The position numbers and the translations under genes are program-made. A stretch of 63,396 bases of DNA, filler included, from Octopus bimaculoides (lineage: Eukaryota), in the NCBI RefSeq assembly GCF_001194135.2. It is 6 parts of 5 records of this genome, joined end to end, with 100 filler letters (N's around TTAATTAATTAA, not from the genome) between each part and the next. Parts side by side here need not be neighbours in the genome. Positions count along the whole stretch, not along the records: positions 1 to 31,999 come from NC_068983.1; 5 more parts are not named here. One strand, given 5' to 3'. The first letter of the stretch is position 1. Every line of letters starts with the position of its first letter. This document shows, piece after piece, positions 1 to 12,716 of the stretch. The notes beneath the pieces were generated by a model. It did not search any database. It was not told where the DNA came from and worked only from the letters and a program-made list of their open reading frames with translations.

Positions 1-590
1 TATATGATCTCTTTTAGCTTTGATTATTTGAAGTCTTCTTGTTAGGAAGTCGCTAGTTTAAACAAACTTGCAAAACGCTATCTTTGGAATGTACATAACA
101 AAAGTTACGTCTCATTTTCAACTTGAACTAAGTCTTGCATAATGATACTGTTGCGCTTAAAGATTGTATTTGCAACGAGCAATTTAGCTGCTGATTTCCT
201 TTACTTAAAAATCTAGTTCTTGTCCAGATTGTCATTATTGCATATACTCAAAAGCTGTGTCTGCATTGAATCTTTGCGTCTACCGGCATCGCCCGATCTT
301 AGGTGTAGTCTGTCGGTGTCACTGCTTCTGTGGAAGTTTTGAGTTGATGTCAGGATCCTGATGGGAGTTTATCTCTATGAAGCAGATTACCTGTACATAA
401 TAATCAAGTATCTCAAATGTTGTATCAACAATGGTATGGCAAATGCATTGTGTGATATTGTCTTCATGCATAAAGGGGGCTCTGATTGCCATATTTCTCG
501 AAGTCTAATGTAATATATTCGGGTAATTCTGCCCTTGTTTACAGCACCTTGGTATGATGTTTTTTCATCAATTCTTTTGTATTTGTGAGC
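1..590 (-). mobile_element. Degenerate R4/Dong-like (RLE) non-LTR retrotransposon fragment, post-RT region
   Basis: Minus-strand peptides KGRITRIYYIRLREIWQSE...HNAFAIPLL and SDTDRLHLRSGDAGR resemble the EYYRRxRxILKSxL...NxxAxP and SDxDRLYxxRxxGGRGL segments also seen in the 14674-18545 element. Confidence 0.7.
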
Positions 591-1049
591 ATGTATGTAT
601 AATCCTCGATGCTTTGTGTGCCTATACTGAATACACACACACATATATACGCCATATGCACACACACAGAGACACACACACAGACACACACACACATATA
701 TATAAAAGATGAGAGAAAGAAAATGGAAGTGCACCTATGACGAATGACAATTGGTTGCACAATATCTCACCTGTGCACGATGATTGCACAGCATCTCACG
801 TATGTACGATGAGTCGAAATGACTGTAGCGGTTTGAATAAAGGGTTTCATGTATTCTATTTTCTGTCTCGCCTTTTTATATAAACCCTACGGTCACAAAG
901 GAATTCTTTAAGTAAATCCAGTGGCCTATAACCTGAATACAGTTGTTGACATCAGGTAGCTGAATATAGTGGATGGACATAAAAACGGCCAACTACAAGG
1001 TGTCTATCCGAATATAAAGGTACTACCACTAATATGTATATAGTAGCGT

Positions 1050-1915
1050 AGACACCGAAACTGAGAGGCTAGAAATTCGTTGTATTTTCTGTTTCGAATG
1101 CAGCACTCAGCTCGAACACCAGGATATCTACACTTTCCAACTGGAAACTTGAGGAAAATTGAAATACCTTGTACATCATTGGTAAAAGCAATGTGTGTGT
1201 CTTATGAGTCTTATGAATTGCATCATATAACCCAAATAAGAAAACCAAGAATGAATTTTGCATGTCTTATTACTTACATTTGTTTCGGTACCACTTCAAC
1301 ATATGTAAATGATTTTATATGACAATTATGCAATGGTTTGATAGATTCTCTTAGAATAACATTTCATCTGACAAGCATCAAGTGGTGCTTCATCATGCCA
1401 GTCTGATGCACTGTCACAATATAATGGAGTGGTATGGACAAGTCGCTAAAGTGGAGGAAGTGAATTAATCTTTACCAAACAGTTGAATGGTGTATTGGCT
1501 GTAATTTAGAATGATTGTGCGCACGCGTGCATGTATGTGAGAGAGAGAAAGAGAGTTGAATTCTAATGTTAGCCACATTTGAAAGTAATGAGAATTTTCT
1601 GAGGAAGACCTCTGTCCAAAAGGTTAAGCTCTCTTGTCACGGAACTCGTATTCATTATGTAATGGCAAGATAAAATATCAAATGTCAAAATCTTAGAAAA
1701 CTTATTTTCGTGCAGATGGGTAAGACATGTTGTTCAAATGAAAGATGAACGCATTCCGAAAATTCTTTTGCATAGCTAACAAGTAGAGAGATTTCGCGGT
1801 AAAGGAAGACTTACCCTTAGGTTTAGGGATAAGCTGAAGCAATCACTAAAGCCTCTACGGCTTAATCTGACATCTTGGGTAAGTCATTGCCATAACTATG
1901 TCTTACCATCATGCA
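1050..1915 (+). mobile_element. Degenerate RTE-clade LINE 3' fragment
   Basis: From about 1714: RWVRHVVQMKDERIPKILL...RGKGRLTLRFRDKLKQSLK...W, matching the RTE C-terminal LRWxGHVxRMxDxRxPK...GRPxxRxxD pattern. The upstream part is much weaker. Confidence 0.6.
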
Positions 1916-2158
1916 AATTCAAAGTAAGCAGTGTCCCCATTGTGAATTCATTGCAAAATTCACCCCTGGACTCAAATTAAACTCACACCTCCATCGCAAA
2001 TAGAGCAAGTTCCTTTTATTTTTAAAAGTAGTTCTCTCTCTCTGTTTTCTTAAATCCTCTCCTATATCGAAATCAAACTCTCCTATGTCAAAATCGACGT
2101 TATTCGCCATCATATATATCATTCATATATGGCAGTGGGTTAATAATACACTTAAGGT

Positions 2159-2915
2159 CAACTTTTACTCACTCGCGGCCAGTTTGACGCTTTACTACTA
2201 ATTCAGATTTAACACAACTTTAATTCGTTTTTTCGCACTATGATGAACCAGTGGTAAGCAACATTTTGACATAAAATGATCGAAATTTAGAAAAAAATTA
2301 TGATAAAAAATGTAGAGCCAAAAATGTGAGAGTAACGCTTTGAGTCGTAATTTCTGTTATTTCAAAAGCAAACTATATGTAGCTTTAAGTAGTCAAAAAC
2401 TTGGTAAGAAACGCCTAAAATTGACTCAAAATATTTCAGGTATTTCAAAAGCAAGTCATGCTTTAAGAACCCGATGAGTACAATCTTTTGGAGAAAGCCC
2501 CGTTAAACGATGTTAAATAAAAAAAATAGTTATGTAGCTTGAAGTGATAATTTGTTGTTTCCAACTTTATTCACACGAGGCCAATTTAACGCTTTACCAT
2601 TACTTCAGTTTTTGCTCAATCTTAATTGTTTTTTTTTTTTTGGCACTATGATGGAGCCGTGGTCAGCTGCCTTTTGACACAAAATAATTGAAATTTGGTT
2701 CAGTAGAAAAATGTTATGATAAAAAATGTAGGGCCAAAAATATTTATTTTGACTCGTAATTTTTCAGTTATATAAAAGAAAAACTATACTTTAATTATGA
2801 CTATTCAAAAGAACTCAATGAGTAGAATATTTTGGTGAAGACCTCGTTAAAAGATATTCGATAAAAAAAAGTTATGCAGCTTTAAGTAGCCAAAAATATT
2901 GGTGTCAAAAATTGC
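2159..2915. repeat. Diverged tandem duplication with a period of about 400 bp
   Basis: Units at about 2159 and 2561 share collinear blocks: caacttt..tcac.cg.ggcca.ttt.acgcttta, gcactatgatg, ttatgataaaaaatgtag.gccaaaaat, gttatg.agctt.aagt. Confidence 0.75.
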
Positions 2916-2924
2916 AAGGCTACA

Positions 2925-3900
2925 GTAGAATCCCCATTAAGAAGCAACCACAAGAATTTGACCGCAAAGTGTCATTGGAGGCCTACCATATCCAGATTGA
3001 GCTATTGGTAGCCACAATGGATGGAATGATGGGAAAAGAGCTACTAGTCTAAGGGGCGCTGCATTAGAGATACTGAGCCAGTTGCCTAAGAAGGACAGCA
3101 GCTGTTATTCTTCACTAGTTGAGGTGTTAGACAGAAGATATGGCACTATGTACCTGACTGAAGTTTACAGGGTACGATGGTTGGAATTGTTGGCACTGTG
3201 GGGAGCCAGGGTACAAGATGCAAGATTGTTACAGCCTGAAGAGAGAGCAAAGGCTGGGCGGTAGTAAAAATTCACACTTAGGAGAGAGTGTGAGACATGT
3301 GGTGAAAAGGAACATCTCAATTTTGACTACCCTACAGCAAAGAAGGATAATAAGAAGGTAACGAAAGACAAAGGAGAGTCGAAAAACTAGAATGGGCTGG
3401 TGTCAAGGGGCAACCGCCAGCCGAATATTCCAAAAAAGCCCGAAACCCGAGAAGATGTAAGGAGACTGTAATTGACAGTATACAAGTGGATAGTAGAATT
3501 GACGGCCAGAAGTGTCGCCTTCTGATTGATTCGGCCTCGGACTTTTGGGAGACCCGAGATGTTACGACATCGAAAACTACCAGAGTCATCACGGCATTAG
3601 TGTGGTGTTACCGGGTACTGTACTGAACTGAGAAGACCGGTTGATGTCCTAACTGAAGTTGCAGGACAAAAGGTCATACTTCCAGTCTACGTGGTGGAGA
3701 TGGAGTATTTTTGTCACTTAGGTCTGAACTACTTGGCGTTTATGGGGTGTCAAGTGGACTTCTGCTCCATGAAGCTTTGGGTGAAAGGAAAATTAGTCCC
3801 TGTCAGGGTGGTAAAGCGGACATTTGCTGGTGGTTTAGGGAAAGCGTTAGGGGTGGCGGTGATCCCACCGAAATTAGAACTACTGCTCCAGTGTAGTAAG
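2925..3900 (+). mobile_element. Gypsy/Ty3 LTR-retrotransposon relic (gag, zinc knuckles, aspartic protease)
   Basis: With frameshifts: PQEFDRKVSLEAY..., NGWNDGKRATSLRGAALEILSQLP...YSSLVEVLDRRYG (gag); CWHCGSQG and CETCGEKEHLNFDY (CCHC-like); RIDGQKCRLLIDSAS and HLGLNYLAFMGCQVDF (protease). No LTR or RT seen. Confidence 0.8.
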
Positions 3901-4272
3901 AATCACCATATTGGCACAGGAGATCATTGGGCAACCGGCTCGAAGGATGGCGCCAGCGCAGCATAAAGAAATGGAACGTTCTGAAAGAAAGGTCAATACG
4001 GAAAAATGTCTACGAGACAAAAGAAATGTTGAGTCAGAATTGCAAAATGTTCGTCAAAACTTTGTAGGAGAGACCAAATTTTCCACGAAGTCAAAGGAAA
4101 GCATACACAGCAGTTGCAGGGACGTGATAGGAAAAAACTTGAGCCAGAAAATAGATCTTTTAATGGAATAAAATAGGAAACTAAAAGAGCAAGTGTCCTC
4201 ACTGAACAGTAACAACAGCCGACTGTCAGAAAGTAAATTTCAGCTGGTCCAGGAAATTAACGAATAGGTTTC

Positions 4273-4578
4273 TTTCTTCTTTCTCGCCCTTGTAAAGCCT
4301 AGCCAGTCTCATGGACTCGGTTTCTCGGTTTCTATGGAGTATGTGTTCCCCCCTGCTGGACGGGACGCTGGTCCATCGCACCATTACTCAAGAAACAGGA
4401 AGAAAGAATGAGAGGAAGTTGGGGCGAAAGAGTACACCAGGGATCGTCACCACCCCCTGCCGGAGCCTCGTACAGCTTTAGGTGTTTTCGCTCAATAAAC
4501 ACACACAACGCCCGGTCTCGGAATCGAAACTGCGATCCTCCGTCCGCTGCCCTAACCACTGGGCCATTGCGCCTCCAC
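4273..4578 (-). mobile_element. tRNA-derived SINE, head A plus tail X, with 14-bp TSD
   Basis: Head GTGGAGGCGCAATGGCCCAGTGG (A box) and GTTTCGATTCC (B box). Perfect TSD AACGAATAGGTTTC at 4259-4272 and 4579-4592. Tail GCGATGGACCAGCGTCCCGTCCAG...TAGAAACCG resembles Meta/V-SINE-type cores. Confidence 0.9.
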
Positions 4579-5983
4579 AACGAATAGGTTTCAAAAAAAA
4601 AAAAAAAAAAAATTGACCCGAGAAATTAACAAACTAAAGGCGAATATCTTTCAAAAAAAAAGTCACCCGGAAAATTAACGAACGAAAGGCGATTATTTTA
4701 CAAAATAAAATAAAAAATAAAAAACGAAAAGGTTGAGTTACAACGCTCTATAAAATATACATACTCTATAAAACTTATAGAGTATGTATAAAATGATGTT
4801 AATAATTAGGTAAATGAGTAATTTTTTATCAAACATAACTAGTCAGGGAACCTTTTGATACCGCCTCATATGTACACGTATATCTATATCTATATGTATA
4901 TCTATATGTATGTGTGTGTGTGTGTATGTGAGTGTGTGTGTGCACGCGCGCGTGTATATATATTTATATATGTATTTGTGTAATATATATATCAGTGTAT
5001 ATATATGTGAGTGTGTGTGCGCGTGTATATATATATATAGACACTCATTTAATTTATTCACATCTGATGATATATTGAAAATGAAACTGTGAGTATATGA
5101 CGCATAATGAAAGTGTTTTCACAATGAGGTATGTTAGTTAATGAAACGGTTAAATTTGACGATTCAGACACGACTTTACGCCAAAGTCTCATGCACGACT
5201 ATCAACACTTATACTGCCCTGTGATGACTACTATTTGCACTGGTTAATAGAGAAATGATTTTAAAAGCCTTTTGGTCAAAATATGCGCCAAACAAGTTGT
5301 TATTCGATATAAAAAGAGCATTAATGTCGACCTGGTCACCCTGAAAGACTTACTACACAAAGCTTTGGATAAGCTGTGGACGGTCACACTTTTGATTGAA
5401 AACCTGATATGGCAAGAATTCGAAGCATTTTGCCCTGGTATTTGATCGACTGCTCCAAGAGACAATAAAATCGTAACGCGAATTTTTTTTTTCAATAAAA
5501 CTGGATACTTTCTTTATGGAAATCAGAGATTATATAGCTATTTTCTCCAGTAAGCAAAACCACGAGAATAAAACTTTTGATGGAAATAAAAAGCCAATAG
5601 AATAGAAGCAGTTTACTTAAGGTGGTTGTAAATAATCTGCTTCTAATACATATATTTATAGAGATATACTTATATATATATATACATATAGATCTACGTG
5701 CTTATACCTATTCTTATACTACCACATGCATTATGCACATGCATATTCACAGCTATATGGCGGACAGTCACATCATACGTACACATGCATATACACATTC
5801 AAACACATTCACAGGCAAGAGTACACAGACAAACTATTATTTCACTATTTTCTTTCTCTCCAGATAGTAAACACCAATATATATGTATATACATATATAC
5901 ATGCATATACATAGAAAGAGATGGATAAATATATAGACCAAAAATCATATATATATACATATACTTATCTCTTTCTCTCTCTT

Positions 5984-6038
<55 letters not shown>

Positions 6039-6841
6039 NNNNNNNNNNNNNNNNNNNNNNNNNNNNNNNNNNNNNNNNNNNNNNNNNNNNNNNNNNNNNN
6101 NNNNNNNNNNNNNNNNNNNNNNNNNNNNNNNNNNNNNNNNNNNNNNNNNNNNNNNNNNNNNNNNNNNNNNNNNNNNNNNNNNNNNNNNNNNNNNNNNNNN
6201 NNNNNNNNNNNNNNNNNNNNNNNNNNNNNNNNNNNNNNNNNNNNNNNNNNNNNNNNNNNNNNNNNNNNNNNNNNNNNNNNNNNNNNNNNNNNNNNNNNNN
6301 NNNNNNNNNNNNNNNNNNNNNNNNNNNNNNNNNNNNNNNNNNNNNNNNNNNNNNNNNNNNNNNNNNNNNTATGCACATAGGAGAACAACCAAAATCGAAT
6401 CAAAGTGTCCCAGTAAAACATCATAAAACTGCAAGTCCATGTCGAACCATTGTTGTTGTGAGACAATTTCCTCATAGCTGAAGAGCATGTTTTTATCAAG
6501 AGATCGTTTCCACTCAACAATCACTTATTGGTTAGCAGAGAATCAAATTCTCACTTTATGGCGTACTTGGAAAGGTTTAAGTTTCTTTCCCCTAATATTT
6601 TTGATAATAAACTACACACTTCTTATCTTCTCTTTACATTAACAGTTAGTGTTTTCTTCTTCTTCTTGTTGCTGTTGCTGCTTCCTTAACATTCAGCTTT
6701 CGACTCTCGGCTTTCGGCTTTCTCACATTCATTACATTTGTTTTCTAGTATTACATTAACGTATTAGTTGTTATACATACATATGTGTTCATGCGCACAC
6801 AAAGACACATGCTGCATATACATAAATAATTATGTAAGTGC

Positions 6842-6873
<32 letters not shown>

Positions 6874-7912
6874 NNNNNNNNNNNNNNNNNNNNNNNNNNN
6901 NNNNNNNNNNNNNNNNNNNNNNNNNNNNNNNNNNNNNNNNNNNNNNNNNNNNNNNNNNNNNNNNNNNNNNNNNNNNNNNNNNNNNNNNNNNNNNNNNNNN
7001 NNNNNNNNNNNNNNNNNNNNNNNNNNNNNNNNNNNNNNNNNNNNNNNNNNNNNNNNNNNNNNNNNNNNNNNNNNNNNNNNNNNNNNNNNNNNNNNNNNNN
7101 NNNNNNNNNNNNNNNNNNNNNNNNNNNNNNNNNNNNNNNNNNNNNNNNNNNNNNNNNNNNNNNNNNNNNNNNNNNNNNNNNNNNNNNNNNNNNNNNNNNN
7201 NNNNNNNNNNNNNNNNNNNNNNNNNNNNNNNNNNNNNNNNNNNNNNNNNNNNNNNNNNNNNNNNNNNNNNNNNNNNNNNNNNNNNNNNNNNNNNNNNNNN
7301 NNNNNNNNNNNNNNNNNNNNNNNNNNNNNNNNNNNNNNNNNNNNNNNNNNNNNNNNNNNNNNNNNNNNNNNNNNNNNNNNNNNNNNNNNNNNNNNNNNNN
7401 NNNNNNNNNNNNNNNNNNNNNNNNNNNNNNNNNNNNNNNNNNNNNNNNNNNNNNNNNNNNNNNNNNNNNNNNNNNNNNNNNNNNNNNNNNNNNNNNNNNN
7501 NNNNNNNNNNNNNNNNNNNNNNNNNNNNNNNNNNNNNNNNNNNNNNNNNNNNNNNNNNNNNNNNNNNNNNNNNNNNNNNNNNNNNNNNNNNNNNNNNNNN
7601 NNNNNNNNNNNNNNNNNNNNNNNNNNNNNNNNNNNNNNNNNNNNNNNNNNNNNNNNNNNNNNNNNNNNNNNNNNNNNNNNNNNNNNNNNNNNNNNNNNNN
7701 NNNNNNNNNNNNNNNNNNNNNNNNNNNNNNNNNNNNNNNNNNNNNNNNNNNNNNNNNNNNNNNNNNNNNNNNNNNNNNNNNNNNNNNNNNNNNNNNNNNN
7801 NNNNNNNNNNNATATACACACATACATAATTATGTGTGAAAAGAGAACTGTGTGAGAATGTGTATTTTTGTGTGTATATATGCATTATGTATGTGTGTGT
7901 GTGTGTGTGTAT

Positions 7913-7951
<39 letters not shown>

Positions 7952-8619
7952 GAAGTAGTAGCAAGATGAAACGGTAATTACAGGCAGTAAATATCGGTGG
8001 ATATATTCACTAAAGAAAGTTGGATACATTGACAAAATCTTATTTTCAACGCGGTAAAACATTTGTCAGGGTTATAAATATCGTTTCAACGTATTTTACA
8101 GTTATTGCTGAGTGTTTCTAACCTTTGGACAATCATAGATTTTCATTGGGAACGAGCAGTAAAGATTGGGACATTTTTCCTTGTTTCTTTCTAGTTTTTC
8201 TCTTTTCTTTCGCTTTGCTTTAGTTATTGTTTTTTGGGGTTTTTTGGGTTTTTTTTAAACACGGCAATGAGATTTAGAGAAAAATAAGACGCATGGAGCA
8301 TATTGGGAAGATTGGGAAGAAACTAAAAAGAAAACAGAACTTCTGAGATCCTAAATTAGGTTTGTGAGCTTGTAGGAACGTGTATTCAAAGATATATGTG
8401 TGTTTGAATGAATATTTTTTTGTGTATATGTGTGTGTGTATGTGTGTAATTCTATGCAGTTGTTATAAGCACAGTGACTTGTGATTCCTTAAGACCTTTT
8501 ATTATGTTATTCCAATGGTCGCAAAGAAGAAATATGTTAACAAAAAATGTATATAATAAATCCTAGTGTAGTAGCTATAGGAGTTATTTACTATATACTT
8601 ACTATATCGTTATTCGACG

Positions 8620-9553
8620 TTGAATCTTCTGCAATTGGCAGTCTGTCTCAGATCTGCAGTTTCAAGCACAAGATTCAAATTTTGAACGAATTTCCAAAGT
8701 TTCTACTACCATAACAAATACTTTTGCGTGTTACCGAGAAATTTATAGAGAGCGAAAAACGCTGCTTCTTAGCAAACAGCCCTACACTTGTTTTTAAAAA
8801 GAAATCTATATGTCCGTCTATAAGTGCTTGTGAATCGGCGATCGTGTCTACAAGTGATGCCGTGCGCGTGTCTAGCGCGAGAGAAAGTGATACATAAAAC
8901 GATTATAATAATATTTTTTATTATAATATAAATGACCTTGACATTCTTTTTACTTTACATAAAATATTCTTTAAATTCTACTGTTATTTGTTGTTTGGGT
9001 GGAGGCACAATGGCCCAGTGGTTAAGGTAGCGGACTCGTGGTCATAGGATCGCGGTTTCGATCCCCAGACTGGGCGTTGTGAGTGTTTATTGAGCGAAAA
9101 CACCTAAAGCTCCACAAGGTTCCGGCAGGGGATGGTGGCGAACCCTGCTGTACTCTTTCACCACAACTTTCTCTCACTCTTACTTCCTGTTTCTGTTGTG
9201 CCTGTAATTCAAAAGGTCAGCCTTGTCACAGTGTGTCACGCTGAATATCCCCGAGAACTACGTTAAGGGTACACGTGTCTGTGGAGTGCTCAGTCACTTG
9301 CACGTGAATTTCATGAGCAGGCTGTTCCGTTGATCGGATCAACTGGAAACCTCGACGTCGCAAGCGACGGAGTGGCAACATTTTATTGTCATTTATTTAC
9401 GAATATTATAAATTTTATAGGTAAAATATTTTTGTGGGAACGAATTACGATTTATAACATTGCTACTATGGGTAGTTATTGCTCTGCGTTACGAGTTTCG
9501 ATTTACGAGCGGTTTCCGGGAACAAATTAACTCGCATATTACAGCACTACTGT
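8620..9553. mobile_element. Probable Tigger/pogo-like non-autonomous DNA transposon remnant interrupted by a SINE
   Basis: Right end GGAACAAATTAACTCGCATATTACAGCACTACTG-TA resembles Tigger-type terminal repeats. A matching left TIR was not found. Confidence 0.4.
8999..9380 (+). mobile_element. tRNA-derived SINE, head A plus tail Y (octopus OR/OK-like)
   Basis: Same head as 4273-4578 up to CTTCCTGTTTCT, then a different 3' module ending GACGGAGTGGCAACA. Highly similar to the 47685-48073 copy. Confidence 0.9.
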
Positions 9554-9847
9554 ACTAAAATTACTATATATATATACTAAAATATATATGCTAAAATCAT
9601 TCCAAGACTACTTTTCAGCTATTGAAAGAAATTCTAATAATATCCAATAGAAACGTAAAGATATAAAAGCTAAATCATACAATAGGATATCCAGATAATG
9701 GGTTTATATGACCTTCAATCAATAGCCGTCGATAATACAGACACTAGGAAATAGATTTACAGCATTCCCAAAGCAAATTAATAAAATAATACGAAAAATT
9801 AAAATGAAATATTGCGAAAGACGTGTGATTATGTATGTACGTATGTA

Positions 9848-9894
<47 letters not shown>

Positions 9895-10057
9895 ATAAGT
9901 ATATGTTTGTTTATATACACACGCATATGTACATATGCAGATATATATATATATANNNNNNNNNNNNNNNNNNNNNNNNNNNNNNNNNNNNNNNNNNNNN
10001 NNNNNNNNNNNNNNNNNNNNNNNNNNNNNNNNNNNNNNNNNNNNNNNNNNNNNNNNN

Positions 10058-10116
<59 letters not shown>

Positions 10117-10335
10117 TGCACACACATCAGCAGAGACGCATACACATTGTTTTATGCTTTTTATATCAACACTATTGCGGTCATACGCTGCAATGTTATA
10201 GGAATCAGCGTGATTGATGAGTTTACGAACAACCGCTATTTTAATTAGATAATTTATAATTAATTATGAAGTATAATTTGTATTAATTTTCTGACATACT
10301 AAATCAAAAGTCATGTCATAATTATACCTGTGAGA

Positions 10336-11013
10336 AAGGCGGGGAAATGGCAAAATCGTTAGCACGCCGTACAAAATGTTTAACGGCATCTCGTCCGTCC
10401 CTACGTTCTGAGTTCAAATTCTGCCGAGGTCACTTTTGCCTATCATTCTTTCGGAGTCGATGAAATAAGTACCAGCTACGCACTGGGTCGATATACTCGA
10501 CTAACCCCCTCCATCAAAATTTCATGCCTTGTACCTATAGTAGAAAGGATTATTATATCTGTGGGAAAGGTCGTAAGCTGCCAGAATTGTTTGCAAGCAG
10601 GGCGAAATGCTTAGCAGTATTCGTCCGTCTTTACGTTCTTAGTTCAAATTCCGCCAAGGTCGGCTTTGTTCTTCATCTTTTCATGGTCGATGAAATAAGA
10701 ACCAACTGAGAACTGGGATTGATGTAATCAACTTACCCCCTTCTTCGAAATAGCTCGCCTTTTGCCAAAATTTGAAATCATTATTATACCTGAGAAAGAA
10801 GGCGGTGAGTTGGCAGAATGGTTAGCATACCGGAAAAATGCTTAGCGGCATTTCGTCCGTCTTTACGCTCTGAGTTCAAATTTCAGTGCGATCGATTTTG
10901 CCTTTTATCCTTTCGAAGGCCGTCAACATAAGTCCCAGTTGAGCACTGTGGTCCATTTTATCGACTTACCCCTCCCCCGAAATTGCTGGCCTTGTGCCAA
11001 AATTTGAAGCCAA
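10336..11013 (+). mobile_element. Three head-to-tail SINE copies, family C (about 10336-10556, 10566-10788, 10799-11013)
   Basis: Each has an AAGGCGG.GAG.TGGCAGAA head, a GAGTTCAAATT B box and a core GGTCGACTTTGCCTTTCATCCTTTCG..GTCGATAAAATAAGTACCAG (Deu/Nin-domain-like, tentative). Confidence 0.88.
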
Positions 11014-11326
11014 TAGTTCTTACAATTCAGAAGTGGTGGGGAATTGGCTAAAATACTTTTTGACAATTAAATTACACACTTTTGTTTTCCGAGTTCGAAA
11101 ACCGTCAAGTTTGTATTTGTCTTGCGTCTTTCCGTGGTAAATAATACAAGAACTAGTCAATTATCGGGATTTATGTAAACAGTTTATTTCGTTGTTTACC
11201 TCTACCAAACTCGTGACTTGGTGTCTCAAATAGAATTTTTTATTACACTTGCGAGCCTCCGTATATGTAATGGAATATCGCAGCTTTTATCTTGGTCATC
11301 CATAGTTGTATCATATATTGATTACA

Positions 11327-11745
11327 AATTTTAGCACAAGGCCAGCAATTTGTGGGGAGGGGATAAATCTATTAGATCGACCTCAGTGTTCAACTGTTAC
11401 TTATTTTACCGACCCAGAAAAGATGAAAGGCAAAGTCGACCTCGACGGAATTTGAACTCACAACGTGGAAACAGAGGAAATACTGCTAAGCATTTTGCCC
11501 GGCGCGGTAACGATTCTGCCAGCTCTCCGCCTTCGTTGTGTCATACATAAGTTTCACACGTTGGCACAAGTGTAGCAATTTCGTGGGAGGAAGTCAGTCG
11601 ACTACATCAACCCCAGTACTCAACTGGTATCTATTTTATCGGTCCCGAAAGGACGACCGGCAAGGTCGAGCTTTGAACTCAGAAAGTTAAGCCAGAAGAA
11701 AAGCGTTTAGCCCGCGTGCTAACGATTCTGTCAGCTCGCCACCTT
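11327..11745 (-). mobile_element. Two head-to-tail family C SINE copies (about 11327-11533, 11560-11745)
   Basis: Reverse complement of the family C head (ACGATTCTGCCAGCTC.CCGCCTT) and core (GATGAAAGGCAAAGTCGACCTCG). Confidence 0.85.
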
Positions 11746-12309
11746 AGATGCACTACACATTAATGTCCTCACCTGTCCCCGTTGGTGATATAAACAAGAG
11801 TTCATTTTGCAAGAACCAATATGGGAGATTCTCTCATGATAATACCCCAGTATAGTTTGTCCTAACAGAACATCTACGTTTAAGTAGGTATAAATATAGA
11901 AGTCATAGTCAGTCAAATAAAATCATCCGAGAATTGTCATAAGAAATTGCCACGGCTATGGTGTTGTTTGGCCCCAGATCATGCTTCATCCAGAATACCT
12001 ATGACTAAATGTGATCAAGCTGTTTCGTATTTTATTGAACAATATATTGAATAACTACAATTGGTGTATCTAGTGTAGTTAATATACATTTCTTTTCTCT
12101 CTTTAATTTTCATGTCAGTTGCGGTGCGATATGAGAGATTTAGCTTCTATATTTAGCAAGTAAAATCTAGCCATGCAATAAAATAACAAGATAATGAGGT
12201 CATGTGACCTCAAATCGATAGAAATCGATAATACAGCCATTGGGAAATATATTCACTACACTCCAATAACAACAAAAAAATAATGATAGAATATGAGTTA
12301 GAGAGAGAG

Positions 12310-12658
12310 TTCCATTACCGCACGCTACCACTGTGCAGTCCCACAGGAAACCACCTCTCTAAGATACTGTAGGTAGTAGTTTTCCTATGAGATTTGGAGG
12401 AGAGGTACGGTCGAAGACTTTATCAAAAGCAACCACACTGTTTTAACTAATTTTTCCGAAGGCGAGAGTTCACTTATATGTCAGTTTCAAGGAAGTCGTA
12501 GAAATAGTTATTAAGGGGTTTTATAGATTCAAGGTTATTGGAGGGGGCCTTTGAGTTGTTGAACGTGTGTTCAGTAGGACGATAGCGAGTAGAGGAGTTG
12601 TTTTACTTAGGCGACACTGTAATATGTCTTCAACATCCAGGTTACATTACTGAAAGAA

Positions 12659-12716
<58 letters not shown>

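Noticed and set aside
1919-2122. Short minus ORF MANNVDFDIGEFDFDIGEDL...
   Set aside because: The repeat reflects a small local duplication. No family recognised and no splice or expression evidence.
6370-6560. Minus-strand open frame next to a gap as an exon
   Set aside because: No motif recognised, and one boundary is hidden in Ns.
8999-9075. tRNA gene
   Set aside because: A and B boxes are present but continue into a multi-copy SINE body with no proper acceptor stem or terminator. The same holds for the other SINE heads.
5799-10248. Long ORFs of 130-410 aa in the track, also those at 59316-60509
   Set aside because: They run through N gaps and (TA)n/(CA)n/(GAT)n tracts. These are artefacts, not coding evidence.
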